Positions 8,645 through 23,100 of a DNA stretch of 64,000 bases are shown one piece after another. The stretch comes from Eledone cirrhosa (Eukaryota), in the NCBI GenBank assembly GCA_964016885.1, contig OZ024740.1, forward strand, positions 7,502,001 to 7,566,000, read 5' to 3'. Within the stretch, counting starts at the first letter, position 1. Each line of letters begins with the position of its first letter. Under the pieces are notes generated by a model that was not told where the DNA came from, ran no database searches, and saw only the letters and a program-made list of their open reading frames with translations. Made by a program: the position numbers and the translations under genes.

Positions 8645-11600
8645 AGGTATGTCAGTTTCTATTAGTATATCAGTTTCGATCGGTATATTAGTTTCGATTG
8701 GTATGTCAGTTTCGATTGGTATATCAGTTTCTATTGGTATATCAGTTTAGATTGATATATCAGTTTCGATTAGTATGTCAGTTACTATTGGTATATCACT
8801 TTCGATTATTATATCTGTTTCGATTGGTATGTCAGTTTCTATTGTTATATCAGATTCGATTAGTATGTCAGTTTCGATCAGTATATCAGTTTCTATTGCT
8901 ATGTCAGTTTCGATTGGTATATCAGTTTCTATTGGTATATCAGTTTCGATTGGTATGTCAGTTTTTATTGGTATATCAGTTTCTAATGGATTGTCAGTTT
9001 CGATTGTTATGTCAGTTTCTATAGGTATATCAGTTTCGATTGGTATGATAGTTTCTATTGGTATGTCAGTTTCGATAGTATATCAGTTTCTATTGGTTTG
9101 TCAGTTTCGATTGGTATATCAGTTTCTATTGGTATATCAGTTTCTATTGGTATGTCAATTTCGAATGGTATATCAGCTTCGATTAGTATGTCAGTTTCTA
9201 TTGGTATATCAGTTTCGATTGGTATATCTGTTTCGATTGGTATGTCAGTTTCGATTGGTATGTCAGTTTCGATTAGTATATCAGTTTGGATTGGTATGTC
9301 AATTTCAATTGGTATATCAGTTTCGATTAGTATGTCAGTTTCTATTGGTATGTCAGTTTCGATTAGTATAACAGTTTAGACTGGTATATCAGTTTCTATC
9401 GGTATGACAGTTTCGATTGGTATATCACTTTCGATTGGTATATCTGTTTCGATTGGTATGTCAGTTTTGATTGGTATGTCAGTTTCGATTAGTATATCAG
9501 TTTGGATTGGTATGTCAATTTCAATTGGTATATCAGTTTCGATTGGTATGTCAGTTTCGATTGGTATGTCAATTTCGATTGGTATATCAGTTTCGATTGG
9601 TATATCAGTTTCGATTGGTATGTCAGTTTGGATAGGTATGTCAGTTTCGATTGGTATGTCAGTTTCGATTGGTAAGTCAGTTTCGATTGGTATGTCAATT
9701 TCTATTGGTATATCAGTTTCGATTGGTATGTCAGTTTCATTTGGTATATCAGTTTCGATTGGTATCTCAGTTTTGATTAGTATATTAGTTTCTATTGGTA
9801 TGTCGGTTTCTATTGGTATATCAGTTTCGATTGGTATATCAGTTTTGATTAGTATGTCAGTTTCTATTGGTATGTCAGTTTCGATTAGTATATCAATTTA
9901 TATTGTATGTCAGTTTCGATTGGTATGTCAGATTCTATTAGTATATCAGTTTCAATTGGTATATCAGTTTCGATTGGTATGTCAGTTTCGATTAGTATAT
10001 CAGTTTCTATTGGTATGTCAGTTTCGATTAGTATATCAGTTTGGATTGGTATGTCAATTTCAATTGGTATTTCAGTTTCGATTGGTATGTCAGTTTCGAT
10101 TGGTATGTCAATTTCGATTGGTATATCAGTTTCGATTGGTATATCAGTTTCGAATGGTATGTCAGTTTGGATAAGTATGTCAGTTTCGATTGGTATGTCA
10201 GTTTCGATTGGTAAGTCAGTTTCGATTGGTATGTCAATTTCGATTGGTATATCAGTTTCGATTGGTATGTCAGTTTCATTTGGTATATCAGTTTCGATTG
10301 GTATCTCAGTTTTGATTAGTATATTAGTTTCTATTGGTATGTCGGTTTCTATTGGTATATCAGTTTCGATTGGTATATCAGTTTTGATTAGTATGTCAGT
10401 TTCTATTGGTATGTCAGTTTCGATTAGTATATCAATTTCTATTGTATGTCAGTTTCGATTGGTATGTCAGATTCTATTAGTATATCAGTTTCGATTGGTA
10501 TATCAGTTTCGATTGGTATGTCAGTTTAGATTAGTATATCAGTTGCTATTGGTATGTCAGTTTTGATTGGTATAGCAGTTTCTATTGGTATGTCATTTTC
10601 GATTGGTATGTCAGTTTCTATTGGTATATCAGTTTCGATTGGTATGTCAGTTTCTATTGGTATGTCAGTTTCGATTATTATATCAGTTACTATTGGTATG
10701 TCAGTTTCGATTGGTATGTCAATTTCAATTAGTATATCAGTTTCTATTGGTATGTTAGTTTCTATTGGTATATCAGTTTCGATAGGTATATCAGTTTCGT
10801 TTGGTATGTCAGTTTCGATTGGTATATCAGTTTCTATTGGTATGACAGTTTCGATTGGTATATCAGTTTCGATTGGTATATCAGTTTCGATTGGTATGTC
10901 AGTTGCGATTGGTATGTCAATGTCGATTGGTATATTAGTTTCGATTAGTATGTCAGTTTCTATTGGTATGTCAGTTTCGATTGGTATGTCAGTTTCTATT
11001 GGTATATCAGTTTCGATTGGTATGTCAGTTTCTATTGGTATGTCAGTTTCGATTATTATATCAGTTACTATTGCTATGTCAGTTTTGATTGGTATGTCAG
11101 TTTCTATTGGTATATCTGTTTCGATTGGTATGTCAGTTTCGATTAGTATATCAGTTCCTATAGGTATGTCAGTTTCTATTAGTATATCAGTTTCGAACGG
11201 TATATCAGTTTCGATTGGTATGTCAGTTTCGATTGGTATATCAGTTTCTATTGGTATATCAGTTTCGATCGGTATATCAGTTTCGATTGGTATGTCAGTT
11301 TCGATTGGTATATCAGTTTCTATTGGTATATCAGTTTAGATTGATATATCAGTTTCGATTAGTATGTCAGTGTCTATTGGTATATCAGTTTCGATTGGTA
11401 TATCAGTTTCGATTGTTATATCAGTTTCGAATTGTATATCAGTTTCTATAGGTATGTCAGTTTCTATTAGTATATCAGTTTCGATCGGTATATTAGTTTC
11501 GATTGGTATGTCAGTTTCGATTGGTATATCAGTTTCTATTGGTATATCAGTTTAGATTGATATATCAGTTTCTATTAGTATGTCAGTTTCTATTGGTATG

Positions 11601-14600
11601 TAAGTTTCGATTGTTATATCAGTTTCGATTGGTATGTCAGTTTCGATTGGTATGTCAGTTTCGATTGGTATGTCAATTTCGATTGGTATATCAGTTTCGA
11701 TTAGTATGTCAGTTACTATTGGTATATCACTTTCGATTGGTATATCTGTTTCGATTGGTATGTCAGTTTCTATTGTTATATCAGATTCGATTAGTATGTC
11801 AGTTTCGATCAGTATATCAGTTTCTATTGCTATGTCAGTTTCGATTGGTATATCAGTTTCTATTGGTATATCAGTTTCGATTGGTATGTCAGTTTTTATT
11901 GGTATATCAGTTTCTAATGGTATGTCAGTTTCGATTGTTATGTCAGTTTCTATAGGTATATCAGTTTCTATTGGTTTGTCAGTTTCGATTGGTATATCAG
12001 TTTCTATTGGTATATCAGTTTCTATTGGTATGTCAATTTCGAATAGTATATCAGTTTCGATTAGTATGTCAGTTTCTATTGGTATATCAGTTTCGATTGG
12101 TATATCTGTTTCGATTGGTATATCAGTTTCGATTGGTATGTCAGTTTCGATTAGTATATCAGTTTGGATTGGTATGTCAATTTCAATTGGTATATCAGTT
12201 TCGATTAGTATGTCAGTTTCTATTGGTATGTCAGTTTCAATTAGTATAACAGTTTAGATTGGTATATCAGTTTCTATTGGTATGACAGTTTCGATTGGTA
12301 TATCAGTTTCGATTGGTATATCTGTTTCGATTGGTATGTCAGTTTCGATTGGTATGTCAGTTTCGATTAGTATATCAGTTTGGATTGGTATGTCAATTTC
12401 AATTGGTATTTCAGTTTCGATTGGTATGTCAGTTTCGATTGGTATGTCAATTTCGATTGGTATATCAGTTTCGATTGGTATATCAGTTTCGAATGGTATG
12501 TCAGTTTGGATAAGTATGTCAGTTTCGATTGGTATGTCAGTTTCGATTGGTAAGTCAGTTTCGATTGGTATGTCAATTTCGATTGGTATATCAGTTTCGA
12601 TTGGTATGTCAGTTTCATTTGGTATATCAGTTTCGATTGGTATCTCAGTTTTGATTAGTATATTAGTTTCTATTGGTATGTCGGTTTCTATTGGTATATC
12701 AGTTTCGATTGGTATATCAGTTTTGATTAGTATGTCAGTTTCTATTGGTATGTCAGTTTCGATTAGTATATCAATTTCTATTGTATGTCAGTTTCGATTG
12801 GTATGTCAGATTCTATTAGTATATCAGTTTCGATTGGTATATCAGTTTCGATTGGTATGTCAGTTTCGATTAGTATATCAGTTTCTATTGGTATGTCAGT
12901 TTTGATTGGTATAGCAGTTTCTATTGGTATGTCATTTTCGATTGGTATGTCAGTTTCTATTGGTATATCAGTTTCGATTGGTATGTCAGTTTCTATTGGT
13001 ATGTCAGTTTCGATTATTATATCAGTTACTATTGGTATGTCAGTTTCGATTGGTATGTCAATTTCAATTAGTATATCAGTTTCTATTGGTATGTTAGTTT
13101 CTATTGGTATATCAGTTTCGATAGGTATATCAGTTTCGTTTGGTATGTCAGTTTCGATTGGTATATCAGTTTCTATTGGTATGACAGTTTCGATTGGTAT
13201 ATCAGTTTCGATTGGTATATCAGTTTCGATTGGTATGTCAGTTGCGATTGGTATGTCAATGTCGATTGGTATATTAGTTTCGATTAGTATGTCAGTTTTG
13301 ATTGGTATGTCAGTTTCTATTGGTATATCTGTTTCGATTGGTATGTCAGTTTCGATTAGTATATCAGTTCCTATAGGTATGTCAGTTTCTATTAGTATAT
13401 CAGTTTCGAACGGTATATCAGTTTCGATTGGTATGTCAGTTTCGATTGGTATATCAGTTTCTATTGGTATATCAGTTTAGATTGATATATCAGTTTCGAT
13501 TAGTATGTCAGTTTCTATTGGTATATCAGTTTCGATTGGTATATCAGTTTCGATTGTTATATCAGTTTCGAATTGTATATCAGTTTCTATAGGTATGTCA
13601 GTTTCTATTAGTATATCAGTTTCGATCGGTATTTCAGTTTCGATTGGTATGTCAGTTTCGATTGGTATATCAGTTTCTATTGGTATATCAGTTTAGATTG
13701 ATATATCAGTTTCGATTAGTATGTCAGTTTCTATTGGTATATCAGTTTCGATTGTTATATCAGTTTCGATTGGTATGTCAGTTTCGATTGGTATGTCAGT
13801 TTCGATTGGTTTGTCAATTTCGATTGGTATATCAGTTTCGATTAGTATGTCAGTTACTATTGGTATATCACTTTCGATTGGTATATCTGTTTCGATTGTT
13901 ATGTCAGTTTCTATTGTTATATCAGATTCGATTAGTATGTCAGTTTCGATTAGTATATCAGTTTCTATTGCTATGTCAGTTTCGAATGGTATATCAGTTT
14001 CTATTGGTATATCAGTTTCTATTGGTATGTCAGTTTTTATTGGTATATCAGTTTCTATTGGTATGTCAGTTTCGATTGTTATGTCAGTTTCTATTGGTAT
14101 ATCAGTTTAGATTGATATATCACTTTCGATTAGTATGTCAGTTTCTATTGGTATATCAGTTTCGATTGTTATATCAGTTTCGATTGTTATATCAGTTTCG
14201 AATTGTATATCAGTTTCTATAGGTATGTCAGTTTCTATTAGTATATCAGTTTCGATCGGTATATTAGTTTCGATTGGTATGTCAGCTTCGATTGGTATAT
14301 CAGTTTCTATTGGTATATCAGTTTAGATTGATATATCAGTTTCGATTAGTATGTCAGTTTCTATTGGTATATAAGTTTCGATTGTTATATCAGTTTCGAT
14401 TGGTATGTCAGTTTCGATTGGTATGTCAGCTTCGATTGGTATGTCAATTTCGATTGGTATATCAGTTTCGATTAGTATGTCAGTTACTATTGGTATATCA
14501 CTTTCGATTGGTATATCTGTTTCGATTGGTATGTCAGTTTCTATTGTTATATGAGATTCGATTAGTATGTCAGTTTCGATCAGTATATCAGTTTCTATTC

Positions 14601-15040
14601 CTATGTCAGTTTCGATTGGTATATCAGTTTCTATTGGTATATCAGTTTCGATTGGTATGTCAGGTTTTATTGGTATATCAGTTTCTAATGGTATGTCAGT
14701 TTCGATTGGTATGTTAGTTTCTATTGGTATGTCAGTTTCGATTAGTATATCAGTTTCTATTGGTTTGTCAGTTTCGATTGGTATATCAGTTTCTATTGGT
14801 ATATCAGTTTCTATTGGTATGTCAATTTCGAATGGTATATCAGTTTCGATTAGTATGTCAGTTTCTATTGGTATATCAGTTTCAATTGGTATATCTGTTT
14901 CGATTGGTATGTCAGTTTCGATTGGTATGTCAGGTTCGATTAGTATATCAGTTTGGATTGGTATGTCAATTTCAATTGGTATATCAGTTTCGATTAGTAT
15001 GTCAGTTTCTATTGGTATATCAGTTTCGATTGGTATATCT

Positions 15041-17150
15041 GTTTCGATTGGTATGTCAGTTTCTATTGGTATGTCATTTTCCATTAGTATAACAGTTTAG
15101 ATTGGTATATCAGTTTCTATTGGTATGACAGTTTCGATTGGTATATCAGTTTCGATTGGTATATCAGTTTCGATTGGTATAGCAGTTTCTATTGGTATGA
15201 CCGTTTCGATTCCTATATCAGTTTCGATTGGTATGTCAGTTTGGATAGGTATGTCAGTTTCGATTGGTATGTCAGTTTCGATTGGTATGTCAATTTCGAT
15301 TGGTATAACAGTTTCGATTGGTATATCAGTTTCGATTGGTATGTCAGTTTGGATAGGTATGTCAGTTTCGATTGGTATGTCAGTTTCGATTGGTAAGTCA
15401 GTTTCGATTGGTATGTCAATTTCGATTGGTATGTCAGTTGCGATTGGTATATCAGTTTCGAGTGGTATATCAGTTTCGATTGGTATGTCAGTTGCGATTG
15501 GTATGTCAATTTCGATTGGTATATTAGTTTCGATTAGTATGTCAGTTTCTATTGGTATATCAGTATCTATTGGTATGTCAGTTTCGATAGGTATGTCTGT
15601 TTCTATTGGTATAACAGTTTCGATTGGTATGTCAGTTTCTATTGGTATATCAGTTTCGATTGGTATATCAGTTTCGATTAGTATGTCAGTTTCTAATAGT
15701 ATGTCAGTTTCGATTAGTATAACAGTTTAGATTGGTATATCAGTTTCTATTGGTACGACAGTTTCGATTGGTATATCAGTTTCCATTGGTATATCAGTTT
15801 CGATTGGTATATCAGTTTCTATTGGTATATCAGTTTCTATTGGTATGACAGTTTAGATTGCTATATCAGTTTCGATTGGTATGTCAGTTTGGATAGGTAT
15901 GTCAGTTTCGATTGGTATGTCTGTTTCGATTGGTATGTCAATTTCGATTGGTATATCAGTTTCGATTGGTATATCAGTTTCGATTGGCATGTCAGTTTGG
16001 ATAGGTATGTCAGTTTCGATTGGTATGTCAGTTTCGATTGGTAAGTCAGTTTCGATTGGTATGTCAATTTCGATTGGAATATCAGTTTCGATTGGTATGT
16101 CAGTTTCTATTGGTATGTCATTTTCCATTAGTATAACAGTTTAGATTGGTATATCAGTTTCTATTGGTATGACAGTTTCGATTGGTATATCAGTTTCGAT
16201 TGGTATATCAGTTTCGATTGGTATAGCAGTTTCTATTGGTATGACCGTTTCGATTCCTATATCAGTTTCGATTGGTATGTCAGTTTGGATAGGTATGTCA
16301 GTTTCGATTGGTATGTCAGTTTCGATTGGTATGTCAATTTCGATTGGTATAACAGTTTCGATTGGTATATCAGTTTCGATTGGTATGTCAGTTTGGATAG
16401 GTATGTCAGTTTCGATTGGTATGTCAGTTTCGATTGGTAAGTCAGTTTCGATTGGTATGTCAATTTCGATTGGTATGTCAGTTGCGATTGGTATATCAGT
16501 TTCGAGTGGTATATCAGTTTCGATTGGTATGTCAGTTGCGATTGGTATGTCAATTTCGATTGGTATATTAGTTTCGATTAGTATGTCAGTTTCTATTGGT
16601 ATATCAGTATCTATTGGTATGTCAGTTTCGATAGGTATGTCTGTTTCTATTGGTATAACAGTTTCGATTGGTATGTCAGTTTCTATTGGTATATCAGTTT
16701 CGATTGGTATATCAGTTTCGATTAGTATGTCAGTTTCTAATAGTATGTCAGTTTCGATTAGTATAACAGTTTAGATTGGTATATCAGTTTCTATTGGTAC
16801 GACAGTTTCGATTGGTATATCAGTTTCCATTGGTATATCAGTTTCGATTGGTATATCAGTTTCTATTGGTATATCAGTTTCTATTGGTATGACAGTTTCG
16901 ATTGCTATATCAGTTTCGATTGGTATGTCAGTTTGGATAGGTATGTCAGTTTCGATTGGTATGTCTGTTTCGATTGGTATGTCAATTTCGATTGGTATAT
17001 CAGTTTCGATTGGTATATCAGTTTCGATTGGCATGTCAGTTTGGATAGGTATGTCAGTTTCGATTGGTATGTCAGTTTCGATTGGTAAGTCAGTTTCGAT
17101 TGGTATGTCAATTTCGATTGGTATATCAGTTTCGATTGGTATGTCAGTTT
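15041..17150. repeat. Tandem duplication, 1044-bp unit (58 monomers), two copies
   Basis: Identical ORFs at 15125/16169 and 15213/16257. Shared rare variants catttttcc-type, gaccgtt, cgagtgg and ggtacgaca. Confidence 0.88.
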
Positions 17151-20100
17151 CATTTGGTATCTCAGTTTTGATTAGTATATTAGTTTCTATTGATATGTCG
17201 GTTTCTATTGGTATATCAGTTTCGATTGGTATATCAGTTTTGATTAGTTTGTCAGTTTCTATTGTTATGTCAGTTTCGATTAGTATATCAGTTTCTATTG
17301 ATATGTCAGTTTCGATTGGTATGTCAGATTCTATTAGTATATCAGTTTCGATTAGTATGTCAGTTTCGATTGGTATATCAGTTTTGATTGGTATATCAGT
17401 TTCTATTGTTATATCAGTTTCTATTGGTATGTCATCAGTTTTGATTGGTATAGCAGTTTCTATTGGTATGTCAGTTTCGATTGGTATGTCAGTTTCTATT
17501 GGTATATCAGTTTCGATTGGTATGTCAGTTTCTATTGGTATGTCAGTTTTGATTATTATATCAGTTACTATTGGTATGTCAGTTTTGATTGGTATGTCAG
17601 TTTCTATTGGTATATCTGTTTCGATTGGTATGTCAGTTTCGATTAGTATATCAGTTTCTATACGTATGTCACTTTCTATTAGTATATCAGTTTCGATCGG
17701 TATATCAGTTTCGATTAGTATATCAGTTCCGATTGGTATATCAGTTTCTATTGGTATATCAGTTTAGATTGACATATCAGTTTCGATTGGTATGTCAGTT
17801 TCTATTGGTATATCAGTTTCGATTGGTATATCAGTTTCGATTGTTATATCAGTTTCGAATTGTATATCAGTTTCTATAGGAATGTCAGTTTCTATTAGTA
17901 TATCAGTTTCGATCGGTATATCAGTTTCGATTGGTATGTCAGTTTCGATTGGTATATCAGTTTCTATTGGTATATCAGTTTAGATTGATATATCAGTTTC
18001 GATTAGTATGTCAGTTTCTATTGGTATATCAGTTTCGATTGTTATATCAGTTTCGATTGGTATGTCAGTTTCGATTGGTATGTCAGTTTCGATTGGTATG
18101 TCAATTTCGATTGGTATGTCAGTTTCGATTGGTATGTCAATTTCGATTGGTATATCAGTTTCGATTAGTATGTCAGTTACTATTGTATATCACTTTCGAT
18201 TGGTATATCTGTTTCGATTGGTATGTCTGTTTCTATTGTTATATCAGATTCGATTAGTATGTCAGTTTCGATTAGTATATCAGTTTCTAATGCTATGTCA
18301 GTTTCGATTGGTATATCAGTTTCTATTGGTATATCAGTTTCTATTGGTATGTCAGTTTTTATTGGTATATCAGTTTCTATTGGTATGTCAGTTTCGATTG
18401 TTATGTCAGTTTCTATTGGTATATCAGTTTCGATTGGTATGTTAGTTTCTATTGGTATGTCAGTTTCGATTAGTATATCAGTTTCTACTGGTTTGTCAGT
18501 TTCGATTGGTATATCAGTTTCTATTGGTATATCAGTTTCTATTGGTATGTCACTTTCGAATGGTATATCAGTTTCGATTAGTATGTCAGTTTCTATTAGT
18601 ATATCAGTTTCGATTGGTATATCTGTTTCGATTGGTATATCAGTTTGGATTGGTATGTCAGTTTCGATTAGTATATCAGTTTGGATTGGTATGTCAATTT
18701 CAATTGGTATATCAGTTTCGATTAGTATGTCAGTTTCTATTGGTATGTCAGTTTCGATTAGTATAACAGTTTAGATTGGTATATCAGTTTCTATTGGTAT
18801 GACAGTTTCGATTGGTATATCAGTTTCGATTGGTATATCAGTTTCGATTGGTATATCAGTTTCTATTGGTATGACAGTTTCGATTCCTATATCAGTTTCG
18901 ATTGGTATGTCAGTTTGGATAGGTATGTCAGTTTCGATTGGTATGTCAGTTTCGATTGGTATGTCAATTTCGATTGGTATATCAGTTTCGATTGGTATAT
19001 CAGTTTCGATTGGTAAGTCAGTTTGGATAGGTATGTCAGCTTCGATTGGTATGTCAGTTTCGATTGGTAAGTCAGTTTCAATTGGTATGTCAATTTCGAT
19101 TGGTATATCAGTTTCGATTGGTATATCAGTTTCATTTGGTATATCAGTTTCTATTGGTATGTCAATTTCGAATGGTATATCAGTTTCGATTAGTATGTCA
19201 GTTTCTATTGGTATATCTGTTTCGATTGGTATATCTGTTTCGATTGGTATGTCAGTTTCGATTGGTATGTCAGTTTCGATTAGTATATCATTTTGGATTG
19301 GTATGTCAATTTCAATTGGTATATCAGTTTCGATTAGTGTGTCAGTTTCTATTGGTATGTCAGTTTCGATTAGTATAACAGTGTAGATTGGTATATCAGT
19401 TTCTATTGGTATGACAGTTTCGATTGGTTTATCAGTTTCGATTGGTATATCAGTTTCGATTGGTATATAATTTTCTATTAGTATGACAGTTTCGATTCCT
19501 ATATCAGTTTCGATTGGTATGTCAGTTTGGATAGGTATGTCAGTTTCGATTGGTATGTCAGTTTCGATTGGTATGTCAATTTCGATTGGTATATCAGGTT
19601 CGATTGGTATATCAGTTTCGATTGGTAAGTCAGTTTGGATAGGTATGTCAGTTTTGATTGGTATATTAGTTTCTATTGGTATATCGGTTTCTATTGTTAT
19701 ATCAGTTTCGATTGGTATATCAGTTTTGATTAGTATGTCAGTTTCTATTGGTATGTCAGTTTCGATTAGTATATCAGTTTCTACTGATATGTCAGTTTCG
19801 ATTGGTATGTCAGATTCTATTAGTATATCAGTTTCGATTGGTATATCAGTTTCGATTGGTATGTCAGTTTCTATTGGTATGTCAGTTTTGATTGGTATAG
19901 CAGTTTCTATTGGTATGTCATTTTCGATTGGTATGTCAGTTTCTATTGGTATATCAGTTTCGATTGGTATGTCAGTTTCTATTGGTATGTTAGTTTCGAT
20001 TGGTATGTCAATTTCAATTAGTATATCAGTTTCTATTGGTATATCAGTTTCGATAGGTATATCAGTTTCGTTTGGTATGTCAGTTTCGATTGGTATATCA

Positions 20101-23100
20101 GTTTCTATTGCTATATCTGTTTCTATTGGTATGTCAGTTTCGATTGGTATGTCAGTTTCTATTGGTATGTCAGTTTCGATTGGTATGTCAGTTTCGATTG
20201 GTATGTCAGTTCGATTGATATGACAGTGTCGATTGGTATATCAGTTTTGATTAGTATGTCAGTTTCTATTGGTATGTAAGTTTCGATTATTATATCAGTT
20301 ACTATTAGTATGTCAGTTTCGATTGGTATGTCATTTTCGATTGGTATATCAGTTCCTATTGGTATGACAGTTTCGATTGGTATATCAGTTTCGATTGGTA
20401 TATCAGTTTCGATTGGTATGTCAGTTGCGATTGGTATGTCAATTTCGATTGGTATATTAGTTTCGATTAGTATGTCAGTTTCTATTGGTATATCAGTATC
20501 TATTGGTATGTCAGTTTCGATAGGTATGTCTGTTTCTATTGGTATAACAGTTTCGATTGGTATGTCAGTTTCTATTGGTATATCAGTTTCGATTGGTATA
20601 TCAGTTTCGATTAGTATGTCAGTTTCTATCGGTATGTCAGTTTCGATTAGTATGTCAGTTTCGATTGGTATATCAGTTTAATTTGGTATATCAGTTTCTA
20701 TTGGTATATCAGTTTCTATTGGTATGTCAGTTTTGATTGGTATAGCAGTTTCTATTGGTATGTCAGTTTCGATTGGTATGTCAGTTTATATTGGTATATC
20801 AGTTTATATTGGTATATCAGTTTCGATTGGTATGTCAGTTTCTATTGGTATATCAGTTTCTATTGGTATAACAGTTTAGATTGATATATCAGTTTCGATT
20901 AGTATGTCAGTTTCTATTGGTATATCAGTTTCGATTGTTATATCAGTTTCGATTGCTATATCAGTTCCGATTGGTATGTCAGTTTCTATTGGTATATCAG
21001 TTTCTATTGGTATGTCAGTTTCGATTGGTATGTCAGTTTCGATTGGTATGTCAATTTCGATTGTTATATCAGTTTCGATTAGTATGTCAGTTACTATTGG
21101 TATATCACTTTCGATTGGTATATCTGTTTCGATTGGTATGTCAGTTTCTATTGTTATATCAGATTCGATTAGTATGTCAGTTTCGATTAGTATATCAGTT
21201 TCTATTGCTATGTCAGTTTCGATTGGTATATCAGTTTCTATTGGTATATCAGTTTCTATTGGTATGTCAGTTTTTATTGGTATATCAGTTTCTATTGGTA
21301 TGTCAGTTTCGATTGTTATGTCAGTTTCTCTTGGTATGTCAGTTTCGATTAGTATATCAGTTTCTATTGGTTTGTCAGTTTCGATTGGTATATCAGTTTC
21401 TATTGGTATATCAGTTTTGATTGGTATGTCAATTTTGAATGGTATATCAGTTTCGATTAGTATGTCAGTTTCTATTGGTATATCAGTTTCGATTGGTATA
21501 TCTGTTTCGATTGGTATCTGAGTTTCTATTAGTATATCAGTTTCGATTAGTATGTCAGTTTCTATTGTTATGTCAGTTTCGATTAGTATAACAGTTTAGA
21601 TTGGTATATCAGTTTCGATTGGTATGTCAGTTTGGATAGTTATGTCAGTTTCGATTGGTATGTCAGTTTCGACTGGTATGTCAATTTCGATTGGTATATC
21701 AGTTTCGATTGGTATATCAGTTTCGATTGGTATGTCAGTGTGGATAGGTATGTCAGTTTCGATTGGTATGTCAGTTTCGACTGGTAAGTCAGTTTCGATT
21801 GGTATGTCAATTTCGATTAGTATATCAGTTTTGATTGGTATGTCAGTTTCGATTGGTATATCAGTTTCGATTGGTATCTCAGTTTTGATTATTATATTAG
21901 TTTCTATTGGTATGTCGGTTTCTATTGGTATATCAGTTTCGATTGGTATATCAGTTTTGATCAGTATGTTAGTTTCTATTGGTATATCAGTTTCGATAGG
22001 TATATCAGTTTCGTTCGGTATATCAGTTTCGATTGGTATATCAGTTTCTATTGCTATATCTGTTTCTATTGGTATGTCAGTTTCGATTGGTATGTCAGTT
22101 TCTATTGGTATGTCAGTTTCGATTGTTATGTCAGTTTCGATTGGTATATCAGTTCGATTGATATGACAGTGTTGATTGGTATATCAGTTTTGATTAGTAT
22201 GTCAGTTTCTGTTGGTATGTAAGCTTCGATTATTATATCAGTTACTATTAGTATGTCAGTTTCGATTGGTATATCAGTTTCGATTGGTATATCAGTTTCT
22301 ATTGGTATGACAGTTTCGATTGGTATATCAGTTTCGATTGGTATATCAGTTTCGATTGGTATATCAGTTTCGATTAGTATGTCAGTTTCTATTGGTATGT
22401 CAGTTTCGATTAGTATATCAGTTTGGATTGGTATGTCAATTACAATTTGTATATCAGTTTCGATTAGTATGTCAGTTTCGATTAGTATATCAGTTTCTAT
22501 TGGTATGTGAGTTTCTATTGGTATATCAGTTTCGATTGGTATATCAGTTTCGATTAGTATGTCAGTTTCGATTGGTATATCAGTTTCGATTGGTATGTCA
22601 GTTTCGATTAGTATATCAGTTTCTATTGGTATGTGAGTTTCTATTGGTATATCAGTTTCGATTGGTATATCAGTTTCGATTAGTATGTCAGTTTCTATTG
22701 GTATGTCAGTTTCGATTAGTATGTCAGTTTCGATTGGTATATCAGTTTCGATTGGTATATCAGTTTCTATTGGTATATCAGTTTCTATTGGTATGTCAGT
22801 TTTGATTGGTATAGCAGTTTCTATTGGTATGTCAGTTTCGATTTGTATGTCAGTTTCTATTGGTATATCAGTTTCGATTGGTATATCAGTTTCGATTAGT
22901 ACGTCAGTTTCTATTGGTATGTCAGTTTCGATTAGTATATCAGTTTGGATTGGTATGTCAATTACAATTGGTATATCAGTTTCGATTAGTATGTCAGTTT
23001 CGATTGGTATATCAGTTTCGATTGGTATGTCAGTTTCGATTAGTATATCAGTTTCTATTGGTATGTGAGTTTCTATTGGTATATCAGTTTCGATTGGTAT

